The notes under the pieces: generated by a model
What the model was told of the DNA's origin: nothing
Databases searched by the model: none
Seen by the model: only the letters and a program-made list of their open reading frames with translations
Translations under genes and position numbers: made by a program
DNA from: Hadesarchaea archaeon
Lineage (GTDB): Archaea; Hadarchaeota; Hadarchaeia; Hadarchaeales; Hadarchaeaceae
Length of the DNA stretch: 64,000 nt
Reading direction: 5' to 3'
Assembly: GCA_029259175.1 (NCBI GenBank)
Contig: JAPDJH010000001.1
Span: 32,001 to 96,000, forward strand
Shown here: one piece after another, positions 28,367-38,414 of the stretch
Layout of the letters: every line of letters starts with the position of its first letter
How positions within the stretch are numbered: position 1 is the first letter of the stretch

Positions 28367-29377
28367 ATGCAAACGGTGCTTGTGCGATACGGGGAGCTCG
28401 CTCTCAAGAGCGAGCCGGTTCGGCGCCTCTTCGAGCACCAGCTGATAAACAACATCACGCGCATGCTCGGAAAAAATGCGAAAATTAGACGTGTTCGCGG
28501 CCGGATATTCGTGTACGCCCCGCAGCCACGAAAGACCGCTCGAATTCTCTCGAAAATCCCAGGAGTAGTGTCCTGCAGCCCGGCAATCGAAGTACCAGCA
28601 GATATGTCTGCTATTCTGGACACAGCCCTGAAGGAAGCAAGGCGAAGATTGCGACCTGGAATGCGGTTCGCCGTGAGGGCGAAGCGACACGGAGACTTCC
28701 CGCTAACAAGTCAGCAAATAAATCAGATAGTCGGTGCCGGGATTCTGAAACTCCTGCCAAAAACCAAAGTGGATCTGGAAAAACCCGATCTCCAAATCTT
28801 CATCGAGATCTGGGAAAACAAGGCATATGTGTTCTCCGAGATCGTTGATGGGCCGGGCGGATTACCCGTGGGGACCCAAGGCAAGGCGCTGGCATGGTTC
28901 GAGGGGAAGCGCGCCGACACAGAAGCGGCCGCCCTAATGTTTAAACGGGGATGCGAACTCGAACTCGTGATTCCTCATCGAAAGGCTCTGAAAAAAGCTC
29001 GTCAGTTGCTTCGCTATCACTATCAAATCGTTGCCCATGTGCTTCCAACAGAAGTATTGAAAAAGCGCGGTGCTTCGTTGGATTACTCGCTCAAATGCGC
29101 ACTCGCCGAAGCGATTGCCAACAAACGCGGAGTAAAAGCAATAGTGATGCCGGACACCGTTCAAACGCTGGTTAGTGTGGGGCTGGAAAAAATCGGAGAA
29201 ATCGACAAAAACTCGAGTGTCCTCATCCTGCGTCCTCTCGTCGGGCCCTCGTTGCTCAAGACGAAAAAACAGAAAAAGAAAGAGGTCGCGCGCGTTGGGG
29301 AACAAAGAGCATTGAAGAGAGAGATAAGCAAAATCGTTGAAAAAACACAGTCAGTGCTATTGCGGGTGAAACCGTGA
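28367..29377 (+). CDS. ThiI-like THUMP protein lacking the PP-loop
   Basis: VRYGELALKS, THUMP domain and GPGGLPVGTQGK are present, but SGGxDS is replaced by FEGKRADT. Confidence 0.8.
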   Translation: MQTVLVRYGELALKSEPVRRLFEHQLINNITRMLGKNAKIRRVRGRIFVYAPQPRKTARILSKIPGVVSCSPAIEVPADMSAILDTALKEARRRLRPGMRFAVRAKRHGDFPLTSQQINQIVGAGILKLLPKTKVDLEKPDLQIFIEIWENKAYVFSEIVDGPGGLPVGTQGKALAWFEGKRADTEAAALMFKRGCELELVIPHRKALKKARQLLRYHYQIVAHVLPTEVLKKRGASLDYSLKCALAEAIANKRGVKAIVMPDTVQTLVSVGLEKIGEIDKNSSVLILRPLVGPSLLKTKKQKKKEVARVGEQRALKREISKIVEKTQSVLLRVKP

Positions 29378-30645
29378 AGTTGGTTGTATCGCAAGCAAAA
29401 CATTTGTCCACCAAGCTGGAAGCTCTCCCATCCAAATTTCACACACAACTGGCTTGCGTTGCTGGAATGCTTGGCAAGAGAAAGAGTCTGATCAAATCCC
29501 CATCGAGGGTACGAGACACCCAAATCTTGCTCAAGATCGGAGAAATCTTTGATGTGATTGTGAGCAAGAGCGGAGGTAGCTGGCTTTTTTCCCCTCCCGA
29601 ATCGCTCAGATTGAAAACCCGGTCAATCGATGCCAAGAACTCGGGCACCGTGCTCTCGCTTGTCATCCCCCTCGTTATCGCTGGAAACGCGGCTGCAATC
29701 GTTACTGGAGATCCCTTTCTGCGCAAAAGAAAGGTCGGAGGACTCCTGAGCTTGCTCCACAAGTTGGGGGTTGAGGTGCACTCCATCGCTCCCGCAGAAA
29801 CGCCGCCGCTAATGGTCTTCAACACCGCTCCGCGCGGAGGTCGCGTAGCTTGCCAACCGCATGAATGTTATCATTTGCCCGCTGCATTGCTGCTTTCTCC
29901 TTTCGCTAACGAGGATGTGGAAATTCGTCTGCCAAACCAGCAATGCATGATACGGGCAGAACCCGTGCTGGAAATCATGAGGGCCTCTGGAATTCGGATA
30001 GCTGTTCAAAGAAAGAACATCCTCGTATCTCCCAGCCGATATCGCGGATTAGAATATTCAGTACCAAAGGAAATATCGGCTGCCGCTCCGTTCGTGATCG
30101 GGAGTTTGTTGGTCGAAAAACAGGTAGAAGTACAGTGTAAGGATGAGACCCCCCGAGACCGGGAATTCCTCGAGCTTTTGAAAAACATGGGTGTCGTGGT
30201 CCACCGGCGCAGACACGCCGTTTTTCTAAACGCTGAACGCCTGCGGGGGCGTGCACTAAACCTCTCAAGTATGCCCGAACTCGCTCCTTTCTTCGCCGTT
30301 CTCGGAGTGTTTGCGAGGGGCAAAACCCGAATTGTGGAGGCTCAGGAGGCTCGAAATATGAAAACGGATAGAATCGCGGCGATTGTGCGTGCGCTTAAAA
30401 TCATGGGGGCAAAAATTGTCGAAACGCCTGACGGTCTCGTAGTGAAGGGTACGCACCGCCTGAAAGGAAAAGAAGTAGATGGGGCAAACGACTACGCCGT
30501 CACAGCCGCACTGACAGCCGCCGCTCTCAGGTCGGAGGGGGACACCCGAATCACAAACGGGATAGAATCTCTTAAACGCGGATATCCGCAGTTCATCCGA
30601 ACCTTCAGAAATCTGGGGGCAGAAATCGGGACGGCAATAAAATAG
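29374..30645 (+). CDS. Divergent EPSP synthase paralog
   Basis: Full-length EPSPS fold (NSGT, TGD, TDR, YPQF) with many catalytic motifs altered. Confidence 0.8.
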   Translation: MKLVVSQAKHLSTKLEALPSKFHTQLACVAGMLGKRKSLIKSPSRVRDTQILLKIGEIFDVIVSKSGGSWLFSPPESLRLKTRSIDAKNSGTVLSLVIPLVIAGNAAAIVTGDPFLRKRKVGGLLSLLHKLGVEVHSIAPAETPPLMVFNTAPRGGRVACQPHECYHLPAALLLSPFANEDVEIRLPNQQCMIRAEPVLEIMRASGIRIAVQRKNILVSPSRYRGLEYSVPKEISAAAPFVIGSLLVEKQVEVQCKDETPRDREFLELLKNMGVVVHRRRHAVFLNAERLRGRALNLSSMPELAPFFAVLGVFARGKTRIVEAQEARNMKTDRIAAIVRALKIMGAKIVETPDGLVVKGTHRLKGKEVDGANDYAVTAALTAAALRSEGDTRITNGIESLKRGYPQFIRTFRNLGAEIGTAIK

Positions 30646-30807
30646 ATAATGATGCCGATCGGAATCAAATGTTTTGGACTTTTGTCACCAAAGGGTTCGC
30701 CCACAGTGGTTATTTCATTCACATTAAAACACAACAGGACCCAAGAATCTCATGGACTGGCGAGCGCCATGCACAATCTAATTAATCCGCGGAGGTCAAG
30801 TTATGCT

Positions 30808-31659
30808 GTGAAAGGCCAGCTGAGTTTAGAATTCATGATCGTGTTCGTAGGGCTGTTGCTCATAGTGGGAAGTATCACATATCCCCTGTATGAAACTTCG
30901 CGAAACAAAGCAGAACGGCTTAACACGCTGGCGGAAGCCCGGAAGGCTGCGACGCTTCTCGCAACGGCGCTCAACTCGGTCTATGCTGGCGGGCCCGGAT
31001 CGAGGCAGACCGTGGAGTTCTGGTTGCCGCGAGGTGTCGTGAACATTGAAATGAACACGCTGAACGACGGGGTCGTAACCAGTGATGGGGCGGTGCAGCC
31101 CAACGGAAGAATCGATGTCCAAGTTTTCTTCGACTTCAACGGGGACGAGAACTGGGACAACACCCGCGATTCCGTCGTGATCGTTGAAACTCTCCTTCCC
31201 AGTGCTTGGGACGAAAATGGGAATGAGAGAAGCAGCTCTTGGCTAACCGAAAATGCAATACAGATAATAAGAGACGAGAATTTTATTTATGATTCGATAC
31301 ATCGGACAAAGCACCGGGTTACTTTGGAATATCAAATTCGGTATTACGAGAACGTGTTGGTGGACTGGACTCCGATAGAAGACCGGTGGGGGGTTGATTT
31401 TAAATTCCGGGCGATTGTCAACGGAATTCAACTCAGAGTGCTTGCCGAAAATCTGATTTGGAACGACTGGGTGTGGGCGAAGTTCGGAAACAAGTGGGAT
31501 ATGGATACCGGCAACACTTTTACCATTACGTTAACGGAAAACGGTACCACAGTGGCCATTGAAGTTGAGAATGGCCAGATAAGAATAACCTACGCGCCTG
31601 TTTTGCCCCCTTGGTATCGATGTATATCAATCACTGATGAAATCTTGGAGCGTGCATAG
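30808..31659 (+). CDS. Class III signal peptide pilin-like protein
   Basis: KGQLSLEF followed by a hydrophobic stretch; SVYAGGPGS; start moved to GTG 30808. Confidence 0.8.
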   Translation: MKGQLSLEFMIVFVGLLLIVGSITYPLYETSRNKAERLNTLAEARKAATLLATALNSVYAGGPGSRQTVEFWLPRGVVNIEMNTLNDGVVTSDGAVQPNGRIDVQVFFDFNGDENWDNTRDSVVIVETLLPSAWDENGNERSSSWLTENAIQIIRDENFIYDSIHRTKHRVTLEYQIRYYENVLVDWTPIEDRWGVDFKFRAIVNGIQLRVLAENLIWNDWVWAKFGNKWDMDTGNTFTITLTENGTTVAIEVENGQIRITYAPVLPPWYRCISITDEILERA

Positions 31660-31661
31660 GG

Positions 31662-32135
31662 ATGCGTGGGCAAACAGCCGTAGAGTATCTCGCCGTGTTC
31701 TCAGTGGCTCTGGTCGTTATCGCCGTCGCTGCCGTCGCCCGGATGATAGATCCTGCCCGGGAGAGTGGTGAATCGGCTCTTGTCATGGCACAGGCTAGGG
31801 AAGCCGTCGACCTCATAGCGTCGGCTGTGGATTCAGTGTACGCGAGCGGGCCGGGATCCGCAGATGGGGTCACCGTCCGCGTGGATGCAGTGTGGAGCTT
31901 GATTCTGGACAACGAGAATTCGGAAGTCAAAATCCAGGTCTCGACCTCAGGAGGTGTTAAAGAGTTCCAAGCCTCGCTTCGTTATCCTCTGAATGGCCAG
32001 CACACTCTGCCAAATCTCTCCTCGGGAGTGTACGTGGTCGTCGCAGACTGGCCAACGAGCAATGGCGGTGAGGGGATCGAGGTGGTGGCCGAAAACAAAA
32101 TCATCCGGATTCACATCAACCCACTGGAGGGATAA
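31662..32135 (+). CDS. Class III signal peptide minor pilin
   Basis: RGQTAVEY plus hydrophobic helix; SVYASGPGS. Confidence 0.85.
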   Translation: MRGQTAVEYLAVFSVALVVIAVAAVARMIDPARESGESALVMAQAREAVDLIASAVDSVYASGPGSADGVTVRVDAVWSLILDNENSEVKIQVSTSGGVKEFQASLRYPLNGQHTLPNLSSGVYVVVADWPTSNGGEGIEVVAENKIIRIHINPLEG

Positions 32136-32138
32136 AAC

Positions 32139-32603
32139 ATGAGAGTACTTCGAAATCCAAATGGGTTCTTCTCTATTGACGCGATGTTTGCCGTCACATT
32201 ACTCCTCATGATCGTGTTGAGCTTTACCAACGTATACGAAGCGCGGACACAAATGGCGGAGCTGATGGGTGCCAAGCTGGAAGCGCAGGCGCTGGCAGAG
32301 AAAATCGCGGGAATCGTCAACGCGGTTCATGCAGGAGGGGAAAACATGGAGATCCGGTTCAGGCTGCCAAAATTCACGGGAGGTGGATTTGGCTATGTAG
32401 TGCATTTTAATTCTCTCGAGCGTTGCGTGGCGGTGGAAAACGCACAGGTGTGGGGAACTGTAATCGCAACAGTTGGGATGGAAAATGTCGTAATGCGCTA
32501 CGCGGGAGAGAACGTGTTGTATTCCGCCCAGTTCGAAAACTCACTCGTGGCCAGATGGGGAGAAGGTGTGCTGGAAAACTGGATCGAGGTGACAGTGGTA
32601 TGA
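32139..32603 (+). CDS. Pilin-like protein
   Basis: NGFFSIDA plus hydrophobic helix. Confidence 0.75.
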   Translation: MRVLRNPNGFFSIDAMFAVTLLLMIVLSFTNVYEARTQMAELMGAKLEAQALAEKIAGIVNAVHAGGENMEIRFRLPKFTGGGFGYVVHFNSLERCVAVENAQVWGTVIATVGMENVVMRYAGENVLYSAQFENSLVARWGEGVLENWIEVTVV

Positions 32604-33025
32604 AAGGACAGGCAAGCGTGGAGTTGCTGGTGCTCGTGGGCGCTATTCTTGTATCAATTGCTTCAATGCTCTACTTGGGAATGGCCAGCAACGAACAAAC
32701 GGTTGTGGCCCAAGCAGCACGGGACGGGATAGAGAACGCTGCGCTTGCGCTCCAGTTGGAGTACGGGTGCGAACTCAGCGCCACGCATGTAGGAGTATCC
32801 CACGGCGATATCACTATGAGCATAAAGATAAGAAACGCCCCGCCACAAGGCTTCACCTGGGAGAACTTCAGGGACAACGTGGTGAAGCCCCTCCTCCGTG
32901 AACAGGTGCTTCGTTTTGTGGGATACGCTTTGAGCGGGAACTTTCCCGAAGCTGTTGGGCCTGTGAGCGGGCGCTACTATACCTACGATGTGGAAAACAT
33001 CGAAGTGGAGCGGGTGGTGCTATGA
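32600..33025 (+). CDS. Class III signal peptide minor pilin
   Basis: MKGQASVELL; ATGA overlap with the upstream gene. Confidence 0.82.
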   Translation: MKGQASVELLVLVGAILVSIASMLYLGMASNEQTVVAQAARDGIENAALALQLEYGCELSATHVGVSHGDITMSIKIRNAPPQGFTWENFRDNVVKPLLREQVLRFVGYALSGNFPEAVGPVSGRYYTYDVENIEVERVVL

Positions 33026-34041
33026 AGGAGGAGCGAGGACAAGTCTTCACGCTCGACATGTTTCTGGCGCTCGTGCTCACCGCGATGGTACTGAGCTACT
33101 CCGGGCTGGCATACGAACAAGCGCGGCACGCTGGAGAGCGTCTCTCCCGATTCTCGCTCGAGCGGATCGCGAACGACGCGGCGGATGTGCTGGTGAAAAC
33201 TCTGGGAGAGCCCGAAAACTGGTACAAAGATGCCACGACCCTGCGGGTTCTTGGCTTTGCCGAGGAAAATGACGGACAACCGGTTCCATCCACTGTAGAT
33301 ATTAAAAAATTTGGCCAGTTCCGAAGACTGCTTCACGGGGATAACTGGACCGACCCTGCAAACGAGAATGCTGTAAACGCCATCAAGAAGCTGTTCGGAG
33401 GAAGCGAAAAATTCGAAATAAGGTTGTTGGACGAAAACGGTCAAGAGCTGTGGCACGCCTTTCCCGGATGGGAGATAGGCGAAAACTCCGGGGCCGAGAA
33501 CTCTACCGAGGTGGTGGTCGTTAGGCGTCTGATCTCGTTGCGCTATGGGAGCGCAATAAGGAGTACCACCGGCAGAATCGTGAGACTGGATGTGCAGCCT
33601 GAAAAAGAAAAGGAGAACTGGTTGTATTTTGACGTGTACGCCGGCGAAGCAAAAGCATATGATTGGTACATCATCGTTCAGGGAGAGCGCGAGAGTGGAA
33701 ATCCGCATGTCCAAATCTGGGTAAATGAAAATACTGGTAACTTCGACTATGAATTCGTCGCAGCAACTGATGCACCTGAGCAGATCTACCCAAATCCTGA
33801 TCTGCCGGCCACTCATCGAGTCACACACGGAGGAATGGAAAACGATCCCACCATAAAATCCGAAAACAGATTTCCCCAACCATATCCTGGAACGAACTAT
33901 CTCTATCTCAAATTCACGGCTGGCCGCTGGAGCTGGCTCCAAATATACGTGGTCTTGATTCCACAGTGCTCAGATTGGGGAGAAGCGTCGACCGTTATTC
34001 AGCCTCTGCCTGCCGTTCTCGAAGTGAAGATGTGGAGATGA
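33022..34041 (+). CDS. Pilin-like protein with a large C-terminal insert domain
   Basis: RGQVFTLD, hydrophobic helix, LVKTxGxPxNW. Confidence 0.82.
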   Translation: MKEERGQVFTLDMFLALVLTAMVLSYSGLAYEQARHAGERLSRFSLERIANDAADVLVKTLGEPENWYKDATTLRVLGFAEENDGQPVPSTVDIKKFGQFRRLLHGDNWTDPANENAVNAIKKLFGGSEKFEIRLLDENGQELWHAFPGWEIGENSGAENSTEVVVVRRLISLRYGSAIRSTTGRIVRLDVQPEKEKENWLYFDVYAGEAKAYDWYIIVQGERESGNPHVQIWVNENTGNFDYEFVAATDAPEQIYPNPDLPATHRVTHGGMENDPTIKSENRFPQPYPGTNYLYLKFTAGRWSWLQIYVVLIPQCSDWGEASTVIQPLPAVLEVKMWR

Positions 34042-34088
34042 AAACCTTGAGATTAGCCAAAAAAAGGTTGTAACTTAGTTATAACCAA

Positions 34089-34397
34089 ATGGTGAAAGAA
34101 ATGGAAAACCCGTTCGCCTATAGGGCTGAGGTCTCAGGCGCTAATTTCGTAGATCGAGCAGAATTCGAACACCTGCGGGAAAACCTGCGCAACAAAATCC
34201 AGCGCAAGCTGTTGCTCATCCTGGCCCGGGTGCCCCATTCCCAGCTCACTTCTACCGAGTTCATCGCCAAATGGTGTTTCAAATCAGCCGCCCATGTGGA
34301 AAAGGCTATGAAGGGACTGGAGAAAAAGGGAATCGTGGAAAACGGGAAAAACAACGACATCTTTTTCGCAGAGCGGATAAGGAGGCTAGAGGAATGA
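34089..34397 (+). pseudogene. Internally deleted archaeal AAA/STAND ATPase remnant
   Basis: N-terminal NPF...FVDRAE joined directly to a wH-like C-terminus (D-x-F-F-x-E-x-I); no Walker A or B. Confidence 0.6.
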
Positions 34398-34897
34398 GCA
34401 GACCAGATCAGTGCGGGTTCATCTTCAGCCTCGACGCTGCTCTGGCCGTCGTCATCGTGATGCTGGCGCTTGCAGGGGTGGCCCGCGTGGGGACGCTCGG
34501 CTTCTACGAAAGCTATGGCTATCTCAGGCTCGAGCGCTACGCCAACGACGCGATGGAGGCGCTCTACAACGTGGGAGCGCTGGACGAGAATGGAAACCTC
34601 ACAACAGCCTACGACAACATCCGGTGGCTGCTGGATAACGGGCAGACCGCGCAGGCCGAGCTCACGGCGGAAAACTGGCTCATCCGCATCTTCCCCAACG
34701 ACCTGTACTTTAAACTCGTTGTAGGAGATGAGAATTCTCCCTTGCTTGACAATGTCTTTCCGGAGTACGGAAATGATGATGCATGGGTTGCTGCGTTTGA
34801 AAACGCGGAGGAATTCGGAGTTGCTCAGAGGGTCTGGGTCGTGGGGAGCGAGTTCGTCCCCGCAAAGCTCTACGTGTGGAGGTGGCCGCGACCATGA
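34394..34897 (+). CDS. Pilin-like protein
   Basis: GFIFSLDA plus hydrophobic helix; LERYAND motif shared with the 33022 protein. Confidence 0.8.
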   Translation: MSRPDQCGFIFSLDAALAVVIVMLALAGVARVGTLGFYESYGYLRLERYANDAMEALYNVGALDENGNLTTAYDNIRWLLDNGQTAQAELTAENWLIRIFPNDLYFKLVVGDENSPLLDNVFPEYGNDDAWVAAFENAEEFGVAQRVWVVGSEFVPAKLYVWRWPRP

Positions 34898-35580
34898 GAT
34901 CCGACCAGCGCGGGTTCGTGCTCAACGGGATCGCTCTGCTCCTTGTTCTGCCAGCCTTTCTGTTGGCAGGTGTCGGGCTCAAGCTGATCAGCACCGCTCA
35001 GGAAACAGTTGCGATCCAGCTAGTTGCGGACAAGGTTTTCTACACAAGCTGGGATTTGGACAGAACTCTAGATATGATTTGGATAGAAAACGTGCTCTTC
35101 GACAACGAGAGTAACACCAACCGGTACTTCAGATGGCTTGCGGAGAACTATCGGGCCGCAACGGGAATGCTCGTGGAAATCGCGCCCAGCTGGAAGTTCT
35201 GGATTCATGTGGACAACAACGGGGCCGACCACTACGCCGGCACCAAATATTGCAAAATCGCGCGGGGATCGCTCGACAACTGGTTTTACTATTTTGAGGA
35301 CTTGGACGAAGCAACGGGCGAAACTCCTGACTGGGATTACAATGAACCAATCCTCCGGATCGAAAAAATTGGAGAAAATCTGAAGGTAACCATTGAAGCA
35401 TATGGAGGAAGTTACTGGGCGGACATTTACTACGGAGACGATCTGATTTGGGAAAACATCCGCTCCGACAACGTGGGAATATCGACCTGGATCCCAAGCA
35501 CGGTGCAACTGTCTCTCGAAACCAGCATAATGGATCCTAACCATGTCGCCAGCCGGACCTCAACGGTTAAACTCTGCTGA
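34894..35580 (+). CDS. Pilin-like protein
   Basis: RGFVLNG plus hydrophobic helix; ATGA overlap. Confidence 0.78.
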   Translation: MRSDQRGFVLNGIALLLVLPAFLLAGVGLKLISTAQETVAIQLVADKVFYTSWDLDRTLDMIWIENVLFDNESNTNRYFRWLAENYRAATGMLVEIAPSWKFWIHVDNNGADHYAGTKYCKIARGSLDNWFYYFEDLDEATGETPDWDYNEPILRIEKIGENLKVTIEAYGGSYWADIYYGDDLIWENIRSDNVGISTWIPSTVQLSLETSIMDPNHVASRTSTVKLC

Positions 35581-35653
35581 TTGGCTGATTATTTGTTCAC
35601 ACTTCTCAAGCGCATCTGTTTAAAGTCAGACAAAACAGTTAGAATGTGAGAAA

Positions 35654-36412
35654 ATGGGCGGCAGAAAAACCAAGGGCTTTTTTTATCGGATCGGAGAGGC
35701 AGTGCTCAACCCGAGAGTGCCAAAACCACGATTACGAACCCCCAAGGAGAAAAAGAGAGAAATCCCGAAACTCCTCCGCGGTTACTTCGAACGGCGTCAG
35801 CTGGAGTGGCCCGAATACGTGATGTTCAAGGTTCAGGTGGCGATACTGTTGCTTTTTGCTATGGCGCCCATCCACCTAGTCTTCCTCCGGCAGTACGAAA
35901 CGCATTCACTTGCCGCAATGATTGCGCTCTCCGCGTATCTCGTTTACCTCGCCGCGACCCAAGTGAAACAGGCTTTCTTCGCGGACCGAGGGGCGTACTG
36001 GACCTTCATCGGAATGTGTCTGGCCCTTGTATGGGGATTTCTGGGAGTGTTGAAGAGACTCGCTCCCGTCTTGAACGCGGGGTCGATGTTCGAGATCATC
36101 TTCTTAGTAATAGCGATGATTTTCGCTGTAGTGCTCGCGTTCGCAGGGTTCAGAATAAAATATGGAAGAAACTACACTTTTGGAACCATCAGATCCGTGA
36201 GGGGGAACAAAGCGCTCGTGCGAATCGGCTACGATATCTGCAGCAACGTAAAGGCGGGAGAGTACTTGGTCGACAGCCTCGTCCGGGTCAGACCCGGCGA
36301 TCGGGTGAAAGTTGGTGTGGACCGTCCCCTCCTCGGACTGCGGGGGTCGAGCGTGCGGGCGGTGCTTGGAAAGGTGGGGAAATCGCGAGCCTCGCAAAGG
36401 CGCCGTATCTGA
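35654..36412 (+). CDS. DUF2101-like membrane protein associated with archaeal pilus loci
   Basis: Four TM segments, KYGRNYTFG, YDIxSNVKxGEY. Confidence 0.7.
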   Translation: MGGRKTKGFFYRIGEAVLNPRVPKPRLRTPKEKKREIPKLLRGYFERRQLEWPEYVMFKVQVAILLLFAMAPIHLVFLRQYETHSLAAMIALSAYLVYLAATQVKQAFFADRGAYWTFIGMCLALVWGFLGVLKRLAPVLNAGSMFEIIFLVIAMIFAVVLAFAGFRIKYGRNYTFGTIRSVRGNKALVRIGYDICSNVKAGEYLVDSLVRVRPGDRVKVGVDRPLLGLRGSSVRAVLGKVGKSRASQRRRI

Positions 36413-36543
36413 ATCGTTCAGAAGAGGTGTATGAAGCGCGGATTGGTTTCTTTTGAATGGCTACCCAAAACGTTCAGTTTTACTTTGAAATTGAAATCTC
36501 ATAAGATTTAAAAACATTGTGTGATCAATTTTACTTGAGAAAG

Positions 36544-36777
36544 ATGGAATACGAAACAAAGATTTCAAAAGGATATCAAGTCGTGGTTCCCGCCAAGCTC
36601 CGGAAGAAGTATTGCTTAATCCCTGGCGACAGACTCCTCTGGGAGGATAGAAAAGGAGAATTGAGGGTAAGAATCCGAAAAAGATTAACGTGGAAGGATA
36701 TCGCCGGGATGGTTGCCGGAGAAAAACGGACAAATGCTGTAGAGCTGAAGAAGAAAGCCCAGAGAGGAGAGCTTTGA
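36544..36777 (+). CDS. AbrB/MazE family antitoxin
   Basis: TKISKGYQVVVPAKLRK...PGDRL. Confidence 0.88.
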   Translation: MEYETKISKGYQVVVPAKLRKKYCLIPGDRLLWEDRKGELRVRIRKRLTWKDIAGMVAGEKRTNAVELKKKAQRGEL

Positions 36778-37160
36778 TCTTCCTCGATTCTTCGTTTTTC
36801 GTAGCCCTCGTGTGCGTAAAGGATCGTTGGCATTTAAGGGCCAAAGACTTGGTCAGAACCTTACCAAAACGAAAAGTGACCAGCGACTTCGTGGTTTCAG
36901 AAAGCGTTACTGTCGTTGGAGCACTGGGCGGAGGAAAAGCAGGAGCGAAGTTATATAACTTTGTTATGGATAACTGCGAGGTAGTCTTTGTAGACAGGGA
37001 ACTATTGGAGAAGGCAATCGCGACTTATTTGAAATACGACGGAACACTTTCGCTCGCCGATGCCGTGGCGGTGGAAATCATGCGCGGGCGCGGCATCAGA
37101 AAGATATGCTCCTTCGACACAGATTTTGACAAGGTGCCCGGGATTTCGAGGATCCACTAG
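36774..37160 (+). CDS. vapC: VapC PIN-domain toxin
   Basis: FLDSS, SE, LSLADA and SFDTDF acidic motifs; overlaps the antitoxin stop. Confidence 0.9.
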   Translation: MIFLDSSFFVALVCVKDRWHLRAKDLVRTLPKRKVTSDFVVSESVTVVGALGGGKAGAKLYNFVMDNCEVVFVDRELLEKAIATYLKYDGTLSLADAVAVEIMRGRGIRKICSFDTDFDKVPGISRIH

Positions 37161-37315
37161 CAAGCATTTCAGGTGTTAACTATATCAGCAATTTTTATGC
37201 TAAAATAACCGATGCGCTTGAAATCCCGAAAGATGCCAGTTTAAACATGGGGAGAAAATCTAACTTGAATTTGCCGTCTTTTCTTCGAATCGCTTGACAA
37301 AAGTTGCAGCTTGTG

Positions 37316-38059
37316 CTAAAGGAAAGAGAACACTATCGTCCAGTACAGATCGCCATAGAAGACGCCGACGAGAAGACCAAGGGCCAGCAGGGGGGCAAAG
37401 GGCATGCCCCGCTTGAGCTTCAGGCGGTTCTGGAGTTTTCGCTGGCGGACAAGCCGTTTCAGCACCCTTACTTGGGTTCGAGAAAGCCCGGCCGCGCGGT
37501 TGGGGTCGGCGTATATTTTGACACCGCGTGGCTTTATTCCGAGCCAAGACCTCGTCCGCCGGATCTTTCCATTTTTCTCGTAAATGAGTTCGGCTGGAAT
37601 CATTCCCTCCTCAAGCTCTGTGATCCGGACGATGTCGTAGAAAACACTTTTGCCCAAAATCTTCCGCACGAGCGCATACACCGCAATCACCGGAACTGCC
37701 AAAATCAAGGAATTGAAGAGTACGGTGATGAAAAAGGGATAGAGTAACTGGTAGGTACCGGGCGGCTGGTAAAACGGCAAAAGGGCCCCGTAAGCCGTGA
37801 AGAGCTTTACATCTCCGCCGGCCCACCCTCCCGTGAGCCAGAGGGCATAGCCCAGCAGAAAGGCAAAACCCGCCCCCAGAGCACCGGAAACCGCGTTCCA
37901 CCAATCCCCGTTGAGGCCTCCCCACACAAGATGCACGAGTATCCCACACCCAATAAGCGAGTAGGTCAGCCAATTAGGGATAATGCGCCATCTCAAATCA
38001 GTGTAGACGGCGATGGCGCTTCCAGCCAGAGCCGCCCCTGCTAGCACGCCTTGAATCAC
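37316..38059 (-). CDS. Prepilin peptidase (A24 family)
   Basis: YTDLRWRIIPNW, GGDVKL and MPFAP motifs. Confidence 0.92.
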   Translation of the reverse strand: MIQGVLAGAALAGSAIAVYTDLRWRIIPNWLTYSLIGCGILVHLVWGGLNGDWWNAVSGALGAGFAFLLGYALWLTGGWAGGDVKLFTAYGALLPFYQPPGTYQLLYPFFITVLFNSLILAVPVIAVYALVRKILGKSVFYDIVRITELEEGMIPAELIYEKNGKIRRTRSWLGIKPRGVKIYADPNRAAGLSRTQVRVLKRLVRQRKLQNRLKLKRGMPFAPLLALGLLVGVFYGDLYWTIVFSFL

Positions 38060-38143
38060 GGGTTAGAGTTCACGCGAGTTTTAATGATGTTTTCGGTGAA
38101 CTTTATTTGGAAATCCGGCCAATTGGTCTGCAGCTCTCCTAGA

Positions 38144-38344
38144 TCAAGCAAAAAGCCCAGCACCCAGCTTCAGCAGATTCTCCACGTGCTCAACCGTGTT
38201 TTCGATCTGGTTCTCGACCGAAGAGCCCAGACCCGCGGAAGCAAAATAGATGGTGTACACTATCCCCCCCACGATCACCAAAATGGCTGCCAGCAACACC
38301 AGGAACTCAACGGAGGCTTGCGAGATTTCTCGAGAACACATCAA
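38144..38344 (-). CDS. Small class III signal peptide pilin
   Basis: SQASVEFLVLLAAILVIV. Confidence 0.7.
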   Translation of the reverse strand: MMCSREISQASVEFLVLLAAILVIVGGIVYTIYFASAGLGSSVENQIENTVEHVENLLKLGAGLFA

Positions 38345-38414
38345 AAGAAGTTGGTTTTAAAAAAAGAAAAAGCTTATGCTAGTAGGGTCTTAGATGAAAG
38401 ATGAGCTAACCTCT

